From a virus: a stretch of 52,208 nucleotides of DNA. The translations under genes and the position numbers were made by a program. The notes under the pieces are model-generated. The model ran no database searches and had not been told where the DNA came from. It saw only the letters and a list, made by a program, of their open reading frames with translations. Shown piece after piece: positions 1 through 6,894 of this stretch (its first letter is position 1; each line of letters opens with the position of its first letter). The DNA is taken from IMG/VR virus record IMGVR_UViG_3300030330_006035, positions 1 to 52,208 of that record; one strand, given 5' to 3'.

Positions 1-99
1 ATATATAGCAACAACCGGACGGCCAGGGGGTCGGACGGGGGTAGCACAGTGTGTGCTAGGCGAGCTAGCACTGTGCTACGCCGTTTGTTTGTTTGTATG
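1..99. repeat. Terminal identity, copy 1 (identical to 52110-52208). Circular-assembly overlap or short direct terminal repeat.
   Basis: Both ends read ATATATAGCAACAACCGGACGGCC...GTTTGTTTGTTTGTATG, with all 99 nt identical by eye. Confidence 0.95.
41..79. promoter_or_regulatory. Imperfect 39-nt hairpin holding two operator-like palindromes, TAGCACA-GTG-TGTGCTA (42-58) and TAGCAC-T-GTGCTA (66-78).
   Basis: GTAGCACAGTG (41-51) is the reverse complement of CACTGTGCTAC (69-79). CTAG 56-59 pairs with CTAG 65-68. It lies in the only long non-coding region, upstream of the ORF at 128. Confidence 0.6.
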
Positions 100-127
100 C
101 AGCAGCAGCTGCAGGAAGGATTGAACT

Positions 128-340
128 ATGTTCAATTTGTTTAGAAAGTCGTCACGTGGTGGTAAGGTTGGAAAAGCAACTCTCATGCCTGTGCATGAGA
201 AGAGCAAAGAGAACGCACCTGATTGGTACGGGTACGTAACAATCAAGGGCACTGAATACAAAATCAGTGGTTGGAACTCCGAGACACGGAGTGGCAACGA
301 GTGCATCTCCATCTCAATCCAGAAGAAGTGGAAACGCTAA
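128..340 (+). CDS. DUF736-like small protein (70 aa).
   Basis: ...KENAPDWYGYVTIKGTEYKISGWNSETRSGNECISISIQ resembles the DUF736 pattern (..APD[YW]......GA[AG]W....G.[ED]Y[IL]S[IL]..) as I remember it. RBS AGGAAGGA at 113-120. A strong terminator follows. Confidence 0.5.
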   Translation: MFNLFRKSSRGGKVGKATLMPVHEKSKENAPDWYGYVTIKGTEYKISGWNSETRSGNECISISIQKKWKR

Positions 341-358
341 GCGTTCCACTTCACACAC

Positions 359-384
359 GGGAGCCTTCGGGCTCCCTTTTTTTT
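359..384 (+). terminator. Rho-independent terminator.
   Basis: GGGAGCC-TTCG-GGCTCCC followed by T8. Confidence 0.85.
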
Positions 385-459
385 AAGGCTCCCAAGAAGG
401 AGCCGTCCGGTTGAAGCCCACCATAATCGGCAGGACATCCGCAGGATAGCCGGGAGACA

Positions 460-505
460 GCGTGAGCAGCAGCGAAGCGGGGTTCGCTGCTCACGCGGTG
501 TGAGC
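460..505 (+). other. Two mutually exclusive stem-loops in the leader of the ORF at 522.
   Basis: GCGTGAGCAGC (460-470) pairs with GCTGCTCACGC (486-496). GCTCAC (489-494) can instead pair with GTGAGC (500-505). GGATAGCC is repeated at 444-451 and 509-516. Confidence 0.5.
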
Positions 506-521
506 GGCGGATAGCCCCAGA

Positions 522-836
522 ATGGAGTTTGTTATGTGTGAAAGAATTGATTTGAATGTAATGCAACCATCCCAGTTGCTGTTGAATGTCATTGACGAGG
601 CCACCAAAGGGACGTACGACGGTGGTCATCTGGTTATCAACTACCACAGTGACAATGACATCTTTGTCATGGATGTGGAGGCTGAATGGCACAACCCTGA
701 GGAGTGTCCATTCTACGACACCAGGTACGGACTGTTGGGTGAGACTGTCAGTGTTGTCAACGGCGAGGTCACTCAGTGGGCATCCGATTACCCAGTGGAA
801 CCACGACTCATTACCAAGAAGGAGGTCACCAAATGA
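522..836 (+). CDS. Hypothetical protein (104 aa).
   Basis: ORF with protein-like composition. ATGA overlap with the next ORF. Confidence 0.6.
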   Translation: MEFVMCERIDLNVMQPSQLLLNVIDEATKGTYDGGHLVINYHSDNDIFVMDVEAEWHNPEECPFYDTRYGLLGETVSVVNGEVTQWASDYPVEPRLITKKEVTK

Positions 837-1048
837 CCAACATATTGATACTAACCCTCGTACTCTTCGTCACCTTTGTTGCAGGCATCTTTGCAGGCAG
901 GGAGTTGACATACCTAGCGGACGGTCGGAAACGACGCAGGGAACGGAAGGATTACCAACACCTTCGTTACCTCATTGAAGACGACGTGCCACCAGTTGCC
1001 GGTGGATACATCGACGACGAGTCGAAGCACTGGCCAAAGACCAAGTGA
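833..1048 (+). CDS. Small membrane protein (71 aa).
   Basis: The internal ATG at 833 overlaps the upstream TGA (ATGA). RBS AAGGAGG at 818-824. N-terminal TM helix ILILTLVLFVTFVAGIFAG followed by a basic stretch. Confidence 0.65.
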   Translation: MTNILILTLVLFVTFVAGIFAGRELTYLADGRKRRRERKDYQHLRYLIEDDVPPVAGGYIDDESKHWPKTK

Positions 1049-1056
1049 GAGCGTGT

Positions 1057-1085
1057 CAGCCCCCCGTACAGTGGTGCGGGGGCTG
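1057..1085 (+). other. GC-rich intergenic stem-loop with no T-run.
   Basis: CAGCCCCC pairs with GGGGGCTG around the 13-nt loop CGTACAGTGGTGC. Confidence 0.6.
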
Positions 1086-1113
1086 TCTCGCACAGTTAAA
1101 GAAAGGAATTGTT

Positions 1114-1395
1114 ATGAGTGAATCTTTGGAATGTAATCTTTACTCGGTGGTCATGTTCATCGAGAGTCCATACAGCACGGAGGTCGACACCGTAAGGATC
1201 GACGGAATCCTCAGCCACCAACCATTGGAAAAGGACCATTGGCGGTCAGAAGAGATTCTGATTGGGGAACTCAAACTCCACGGCATCTACCAGTGTGACG
1301 AACGCAGTGGTCAGAACACAGAACTTGTGGACTGGGCTGTGACCAAGTATGAACTTGTTGAAATTGGACCTGATGAGCCCTTCTGGCTCGCATAA
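1114..1395 (+). CDS. Hypothetical protein (93 aa).
   Basis: ATG at 1114 preceded by AAGAAAGGAATTGTT. The longer ORF from 1045 would run through the stem-loop. Confidence 0.6.
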   Translation: MSESLECNLYSVVMFIESPYSTEVDTVRIDGILSHQPLEKDHWRSEEILIGELKLHGIYQCDERSGQNTELVDWAVTKYELVEIGPDEPFWLA

Positions 1396-1408
1396 GAAAG
1401 GAATTGTC

Positions 1409-1696
1409 ATGAGAAAGTTTGAAGTTATTGTTTACCTGAACGAGGAACTGTGTGGTCAACCTACACAGAGGTCCTTCAACATCGAATGCGAGCACGACCT
1501 CACCCTTTGCGATGAGCGTGCTATCGAGATTGTCGAGGACAAGTGCGAGGAACTTGGATGGCTGACCAATGATGAGGACTACCTCGGTGGAGGGATGCCT
1601 CGAGAGTTGGATGGTTTTGACATTGTCTCAGAGGGACAGACATACAACTCTGTAGATATTGTTGAGTGTCGCAACGACGATGGCGGCATGTTGTGA
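1409..1696 (+). CDS. Hypothetical acidic protein (95 aa).
   Basis: ATG at 1409 preceded by AAGAAAGGAATTGTC, a near-identical initiation region to that of the ORF at 1114. Confidence 0.6.
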   Translation: MRKFEVIVYLNEELCGQPTQRSFNIECEHDLTLCDERAIEIVEDKCEELGWLTNDEDYLGGGMPRELDGFDIVSEGQTYNSVDIVECRNDDGGML

Positions 1697-1706
1697 AGAG
1701 GTGGGT

Positions 1707-1735
1707 GCGGCTCCGTCCAGTGGGGCGGGAGCCGC
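1707..1735 (+). other. GC-rich intergenic stem-loop.
   Basis: GCGGCTCC pairs with GGAGCCGC around the 13-nt loop GTCCAGTGGGGCG. Confidence 0.6.
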
Positions 1736-1756
1736 TCCCCCCAGTTTGGAGGTTAT

Positions 1757-2521
1757 ATGTTTAGATTTCGACAGCGACCAACACGTAAGTTGGTCACATT
1801 CAGAACGTCACGTGACACCGCAGCGTGGTACGTGGCACAGTTCGGCGATGGTGCGATCGACCGAGCCCGACGAGGCACACAAGTTGCCGAGTCCAAGTTG
1901 CAGGACAGACGTGTCACCGGTGACGACAGGATCCGTTGGCAGGTCAGGCATGCACAGCACGAGGCCTTCGTGGCCATGTTCATACCGATACCGCTTGGCG
2001 GTGTCATGGGACGCAACCCAGCGTTCACATACGCACCCGACGGTACAATCACACGGACATCGGACATACGTTCGGCGGACGTGGCCAACGAGGGTGTTGC
2101 CATGGCATCAGGTGGTGCCAACCCACATGGCTGGACACTAGGTATCGCAGTGATCGGTGCTTGGTCAGAGACGAACGAGCGGGTGCACATGCATGCGGCC
2201 AACGACTTCGTACCTGACGAGCACAACTGGGACAACCTTGTGTTCCCTGACCAGTTTGGTCGACCACGACTGGACGATGGCACGCTCCTACCCATGGAGC
2301 CGTTCAGTACATACAAGTACATCGAGCCCAGTGACGACGAACCGTTCGGATACTGGGTGACCGATGTGCCAGGGTCATACGTACCACAACCCCGACGATC
2401 CACGAACGGGTGGGGTGTGCACCTCGATGAGGATGACATGTACGCCATGACCAACCAACGCAAGTGTCTCGACGATGATGTCGCAGACCTTGACGAGACC
2501 GATGATACTCACGGTGAGTGA
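1757..2521 (+). CDS. Hypothetical protein (254 aa) with an acidic C-terminus.
   Basis: RBS GGAGG at 1748-1752. Protein-like composition, whereas the antisense ORF 1753-2463 is S/R/C-rich. Confidence 0.7.
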   Translation: MFRFRQRPTRKLVTFRTSRDTAAWYVAQFGDGAIDRARRGTQVAESKLQDRRVTGDDRIRWQVRHAQHEAFVAMFIPIPLGGVMGRNPAFTYAPDGTITRTSDIRSADVANEGVAMASGGANPHGWTLGIAVIGAWSETNERVHMHAANDFVPDEHNWDNLVFPDQFGRPRLDDGTLLPMEPFSTYKYIEPSDDEPFGYWVTDVPGSYVPQPRRSTNGWGVHLDEDDMYAMTNQRKCLDDDVADLDETDDTHGE

Positions 2522-2609
2522 GTCGGTATTGGGGAGCATGCCCCCGCGTTCCGCGGGGCACGCACCCCAGCAGTTTGTTTGTTTTAGTTACAAGAAAGGT
2601 AGGTGTCAT

Positions 2610-3083
2610 ATGACACATCTCAAAATGCAATCGCTTCGATCTTCTCGTTCAACCAGTGGTGGACTGCCACCCTATGTGATGACCAATGAGGAAAAGGCTT
2701 CATTCAAAGACCAGATCCAATACGGAACTGACTCAGATGGTAACTGGTTCATGGTGTTGCCTCCGATCCCATTGCGTCCCGGTAACCGTGGTGAGACTGG
2801 TAAGTCAGCCGGTCTGTGTTCCATCAATCAGTGGGACTCGGAGAAGAAGCAACAACGTGACATCATCATTGCCGATGGTGACAGCATCACTGGTGTTGAG
2901 TCGATGATCGTCATGTCACTCAATGTGGCAGCAGTGGCGAAGAACGGGAAGACCTTCCCGAACTTCAATGAACTGCGACAACCAGCGCAGTCTGAACCAG
3001 ATGCAACCAGCAACGCCACCCTTGGTGGAGGAGTTGCTGATGTATCGGATGCAGACCGCAAAGCAATGGGTATCACTGACTGA
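2610..3083 (+). CDS. Hypothetical protein (157 aa) with an acidic C-terminal tail. An ssDNA-binding role is only a guess.
   Basis: ATG at 2610 lies 7 nt after AAGAAAGGTAGG. The upstream part of ORF 2475-3083 crosses a GC hairpin (about 2531-2570). Confidence 0.55.
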   Translation: MTHLKMQSLRSSRSTSGGLPPYVMTNEEKASFKDQIQYGTDSDGNWFMVLPPIPLRPGNRGETGKSAGLCSINQWDSEKKQQRDIIIADGDSITGVESMIVMSLNVAAVAKNGKTFPNFNELRQPAQSEPDATSNATLGGGVADVSDADRKAMGITD

Positions 3084-3188
3084 TACCCATCAGATGATCT
3101 CGTCTTTGAGCCCTGCCGGTATGATACGGCGTAACGTGACACCAGGTGAAAGTCACGAGGGACCAGGCGAGACGTCTGTCTACCCCCC

Positions 3189-3228
3189 TGACTCCCCTCC
3201 ACTCCGGTGGAGGGTGAGTCTTTTTTTT
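3189..3228 (+). terminator. Rho-independent terminator.
   Basis: GACTC-CCCTCCAC / TCCG loop / GTGGAGGG-TGAGTC followed by T8. Confidence 0.85.
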
Positions 3229-3243
3229 ACGGAGTGAAACACC

Positions 3244-3510
3244 ATGATCAAGATTACCTACGGAATCGGCAGAGCCGTGAAGTCACACATGCAGGCTGCA
3301 TCAATGGCCCATGCTCTGCTGACTGACAATCCGCACAACTGGGTGCGTATACAAAATGCAGATGCAGATTGGGCACGCATCATGCACACACACCCAGACA
3401 ACACAGTCCACACTTTCAGTGAGGGCTCAACCAAGGACGTCGACGCTGATCTCCAAGCCCTGGAGAATCACGATCGGCAGAACCCGATGCTTCCTGAGGA
3501 TCGGGGATAA
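3244..3510 (+). CDS. Hypothetical protein (88 aa).
   Basis: ORF bounded by the terminator at 3189-3228 and a GC hairpin at about 3512-3547. Confidence 0.6.
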   Translation: MIKITYGIGRAVKSHMQAASMAHALLTDNPHNWVRIQNADADWARIMHTHPDNTVHTFSEGSTKDVDADLQALENHDRQNPMLPEDRG

Positions 3511-3718
3511 CACACACGAGGCCGCGCTTCGCGCCTCGTGCGTGTCAACAGGCAGTGATGACAAGATCTTGACAGGTTCCTTGATCTGTAAGGATGATCG
3601 GCAGAACCCCGACGGCGTTGCCGGTGGACGGGTGATGCCTAGTCTCCACGTCATCACTGTCATTTACACCTCTCATGGTGGGAGGTGCGACATCTTATTT
3701 CTCTGCAGGAGATAACCC

Positions 3719-3994
3719 ATGAGCGATTGCTCTGTATCGTTTGGCGACCTCGTCAAGAAATACTCTTCACCCGTTGACTCAAAGCGAGTCGAGATCGGCG
3801 CCGCTGCCGGTAACAAACTCCGTGAACTCAACACGGCCATCCAAGGTTGTCAGTGTGAACTGGCTGACTACCAAGGAAAGAAAGACAAACTCGTTGCTCT
3901 TGTCCAAGCGGTAGAGTCGACTGATTCCGAGGCCAGTCTTGTTGCCCTCGGCCAGCACCTGGGTCTGGTCAAACCCACGGAGGGATGTGACTAA
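3719..3994 (+). CDS. Hypothetical protein (91 aa), first gene of the Ubl operon.
   Basis: RBS AGGAGA at 3706-3711. Its stop overlaps the Ubl start (TAATG). Confidence 0.65.
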   Translation: MSDCSVSFGDLVKKYSSPVDSKRVEIGAAAGNKLRELNTAIQGCQCELADYQGKKDKLVALVQAVESTDSEASLVALGQHLGLVKPTEGCD

Positions 3995-4212
3995 TGATCA
4001 CTGTCAAACTCCTGGACTCGTCAGCCACTGGCGGCACTCGCAATGTCGAGGTCTCCACTGGCACGACTGTGTCCCAGCTCATCAGCGCACACACTGGTGC
4101 CAACCCTGAATCCTGCATGGTCCGTGTGAACCGTGCAACCGCAGACCTGGAGACTATCATCACCGATGGCGACCGGGTGACCGTCACGCCCACCAACATC
4201 AAGGGCGCCTGA
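3994..4212 (+). CDS. Ubiquitin-like beta-grasp protein of ThiS/MoaD type (72 aa).
   Basis: MITVKL...TVSQLI...VRVNRATADLETIITDGDRVTVTPTNIKGA shows the classic ThiS/MoaD layout, including the DGD-[RK]-V motif and a near-C-terminal Gly. It sits in an operon with E2-, JAB- and E1-like genes. Confidence 0.75.
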   Translation: MITVKLLDSSATGGTRNVEVSTGTTVSQLISAHTGANPESCMVRVNRATADLETIITDGDRVTVTPTNIKGA

Positions 4213-4277
4213 TCCCCCCTCCAGAGGGGTGGGGCTACTCATACTCCGGCCTCACCCCTCGCCCCTTGGGAGCAACC

Positions 4278-5165
4278 ATGAACACCAAAGAACTAGCACA
4301 ACACATTGTGCGGCAGTCTGACGGCACCACGTTGGACGAGATACAGTCACGCAGCAGGATGCTATCCAAGTCGCTGCGCAAAATCCGAATGCTCGAGAGA
4401 CAACTCGTACAAGACGGTGACACCACGAAAATCCAACAACAATGGGTTCGCTTACGTCGCAAGGTCGACATCGCAGTGAACAAGCCATACAGCTGGTCCG
4501 CCTCTGCTGATCGGATCGAATCAGAACTGGCAGAACTTCCACTGTGTGAGACACCTGTCATGCGTGAGTATCTACCGGGCGGCAAGTGGCAAGAGGTATC
4601 CGAAACCCCCCACTACTTGCAGTGGCTACACGAATGCAAACTTCACATGCCAGATGGATCAGTCGAAGACATGGGCACATTCTTTGTTCGTGTCAGCACA
4701 GACCGCAGAGCCATGGGGTCAGGCATAATGGTCTACCCTCACAAGAACTGCTATGACTTTCACAGCAGTCACCCTCACGTGGGGTCAAGCTATCACTTGT
4801 GCACAGGCGAAGCAGATCGAATGATTGCAAGCCTACGTAAGACACACGACTGGGCTGCACTTTATGACATCGTGAGTGGCACGCTTGACACATTCAATCC
4901 TGACTCTCCCTTCTGGCGCATCGACCGCATGCACCAAGAGATGAAGCGATGCAGGAGATGTGGACACGACCCGGAACACTATCGTTCACCTGCCAGGCAG
5001 ATGCACGTAGATCCTGACTACAGATCTGACGGCCCTTATCGACCTCGCTTTGTCTGCTCCGAGTGTATCGAAGCAGAACGTAGAGCCGTATTCAAAAACG
5101 CATTGAGAGATGCACAACGTGGACACCACACCGAAATAGCACGGAGACGTTATGACAACCCCTAA
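4278..5165 (+). CDS. E2 (UBC)-like protein with a helical N-terminal extension and a C-terminal CxxC...CxxC zinc ribbon (295 aa).
   Basis: SSHPHVGSSYHLCTGE is an HPN-type motif followed by a candidate catalytic Cys. C-terminal CRRC...(about 30 aa)...CSEC. ATG at 4278 lies 6 nt after GGGAG; the ORF track offers TTG at 4266. Confidence 0.6.
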   Translation: MNTKELAQHIVRQSDGTTLDEIQSRSRMLSKSLRKIRMLERQLVQDGDTTKIQQQWVRLRRKVDIAVNKPYSWSASADRIESELAELPLCETPVMREYLPGGKWQEVSETPHYLQWLHECKLHMPDGSVEDMGTFFVRVSTDRRAMGSGIMVYPHKNCYDFHSSHPHVGSSYHLCTGEADRMIASLRKTHDWAALYDIVSGTLDTFNPDSPFWRIDRMHQEMKRCRRCGHDPEHYRSPARQMHVDPDYRSDGPYRPRFVCSECIEAERRAVFKNALRDAQRGHHTEIARRRYDNP

Positions 5166-5742
5166 ACTGAACTTCACCCCTGACACATGGTGTCAGTTGA
5201 ACTACATGTGCAAGCGAGCCAGCACTGAGATCGGCTGCTTTGCAATCACCCATCCCGATGACCGTCTGTTTGTGACAGACCTGTGGTTCCCCAAGCAGGA
5301 ATGCACCGCAGCAACAGTCGAGTTCGACGACGAGAGTATCGCCGAAGAGATCGACCGACTGTCGGACACACACCCTATGGACGAGTGCTTCCGCATCTGG
5401 ATTCACACTCACCCAGGTGACAGCCCCAACCCCAGTGGCACAGACGAGGAGACCTTCTCCAAAGTCCTCGGCCACTTCGACTGGGCAGTCATGGCGATCC
5501 TTGCCAAGGGCGGCAAGTCATACGCCCGCATCAAGCATGATGCACCTGCTGGTATCACCGAGGGCAAGATCGAGTACAACATTCCCATGGGCATGTACAC
5601 CGACGGCTACGAAGAGTGGGATCAGATCCTTGCAGACAAGGTATCGAAGCGCACGTTCCAAGCAACAACCAAGACGTACCAAGGGGGACATTTCTACGGA
5701 GATTGGGATCGTTACTACGACACGAAAGGGAAATTCAAATGA
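5152..5742 (+). CDS. JAB/MPN (JAMM) metallopeptidase (196 aa).
   Basis: Complete JAMM signature: Glu in ASTEIGCF, then IHTHPGDSPNPSGTD (HxH-x7-S-xx-D). 14-nt overlap with the E2-like gene. Confidence 0.85.
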   Translation: MTTPKLNFTPDTWCQLNYMCKRASTEIGCFAITHPDDRLFVTDLWFPKQECTAATVEFDDESIAEEIDRLSDTHPMDECFRIWIHTHPGDSPNPSGTDEETFSKVLGHFDWAVMAILAKGGKSYARIKHDAPAGITEGKIEYNIPMGMYTDGYEEWDQILADKVSKRTFQATTKTYQGGHFYGDWDRYYDTKGKFK

Positions 5743-6392
5743 GTACGACTCAACGATTCAATGGCATCCTTGACCCCGACATGATGTTCGACCAGCGTGT
5801 CGTCATCGTCGGCGTGGGTGCAGTGGGCAACAACCTTGCTCGCATCATCGCAGGCATGAACCCTGGCAGCCTTGTCCTTGTCGACCCTGATGTGGTTGAC
5901 GAAGAGAACGTGGGTCCTCAGATGTACCACCCACGTAGCATCGATGAACCCAAAGTCGCTGCATGTGCAGACAGCCTGGTCATGGACAACGCAGTGCCTC
6001 TGCCCAACAGAGCCCCCAGCCCTGCAGTCAACAAGTATCTTGACATGGCAACGTGTGTCTTCCTCTGTGTCGACAGCATGGAAGCACGGGGTGAGATCAT
6101 GGACTACCTCACACGTGAGGGACAGCAGCCTGCCAACTGCAAGGTGATCGACACACGCATGGGTGCGGAGACGTACCAGGTGTGGGATGCAACCACATCG
6201 GAGTGGACAGAGAACTGGTTCACCGATGCGGAGTCACTGCTTGAGGTGTGCAATGCACGCAGCACACCGTGGTGTGCAACCATGTGTGCATCACACGCTG
6301 CCTTCTACTGGTCACAGCTCCTCCGTGATGAGGAGATGCCAACGCACATCATCCACGATCTGCGAACCAACGAGGTGGTGCCAGTTGGGTGA
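5739..6392 (+). CDS. E1-like ThiF/MoeB-family adenylyltransferase, minimal form (217 aa).
   Basis: VVIVGVGAVGNNLA (GxGxxG Rossmann motif), LVDPDVVDEENVGPQ and FLCVDSMEAR match ThiF/MoeB/E1 adenylation-domain motifs. ATGA overlap with the JAB gene. Confidence 0.8.
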   Translation: MSTTQRFNGILDPDMMFDQRVVIVGVGAVGNNLARIIAGMNPGSLVLVDPDVVDEENVGPQMYHPRSIDEPKVAACADSLVMDNAVPLPNRAPSPAVNKYLDMATCVFLCVDSMEARGEIMDYLTREGQQPANCKVIDTRMGAETYQVWDATTSEWTENWFTDAESLLEVCNARSTPWCATMCASHAAFYWSQLLRDEEMPTHIIHDLRTNEVVPVG

Positions 6393-6456
6393 CGGAGCAC
6401 TACCATCCCAGTTCTCTTGTGAAGAACAAGAAGAAACAAGACTGGGCAAATTTATC

Positions 6457-6894
6457 ATGAAACACGGAGTGGTTCTCACGGCAATCATCTGCCCGAGGTT
6501 CCAACACAGACAGGACTTCAAAGAGTTCATTCCGTATGACGCTTGTCTTACATTCCCTGGGCTCGGCCTCATCAACAGATGGGTTATGTTTAACGATGAA
6601 CCAGTACTACCCTCGATGGGCCGAGCCCCAGGTGTAAGCGCGTATGACTTTCTCGATGACACCCTGCGTGAGTTTGCACTGCTGGAGGAGGCACGCATGT
6701 TCTCCTCTGGCAGAGACGACGGGTTCAAGTACTGGTGTCATGACTCCAACATGGACGAGCGACTCATGTCTTCTTACTGTTTGTTTGACGACATCCGACA
6801 AGCCCATGACAAAGCGAGAGTCATACTGCCCAGTGCAGTGTGGACAGAAATGGTAGAGGCAAGGGTTGACGACGACGCTGACAGTACTAAGTGA
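6457..6894 (+). CDS. Hypothetical protein (145 aa).
   Basis: ATG at 6457. The upstream part of ORF 6163-6894 overlaps the E1-like gene out of frame. Confidence 0.55.
   Translation: MKHGVVLTAIICPRFQHRQDFKEFIPYDACLTFPGLGLINRWVMFNDEPVLPSMGRAPGVSAYDFLDDTLREFALLEEARMFSSGRDDGFKYWCHDSNMDERLMSSYCLFDDIRQAHDKARVILPSAVWTEMVEARVDDDADSTK

Noticed and set aside
341-521. Possible tRNA in the structured intergenic regions (also checked 3511-3718 and 51920-52109).
   Set aside because: The hairpins are simple stem-loops. I could not fold a four-arm cloverleaf with T-loop (GTTCRANNC) or anticodon-arm geometry by eye. tRNAscan-SE would settle it.
1753-2463. 236-aa minus-strand ORF in the early arm.
   Set aside because: It is antisense to ORF 1757-2521, which has an RBS and protein-like composition. 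The minus frame is S/R/C/P-rich, and every surrounding gene is on the plus strand.
3356-3715. 119-aa ORF spanning the 3511-3718 intergenic region.
   Set aside because: It is out of frame with ORF 3244-3510, crosses a GC hairpin and a promoter-like TTGACA (3569-3574), and has C/R/T-rich composition. The region is better explained as the leader of the Ubl operon.
5616-6392. Longer versions of several ORFs in the track (5616-6392, 6163-6894, 2475-3083, 1045-1395, 36231-36656, 20003-20350, 17969-18166).
   Set aside because: The 5' extensions overlap the upstream gene out of frame or cross hairpins. Internal starts with an RBS and/or stop-start coupling (ATGA, TAATG) give compact, non-overlapping gene models.
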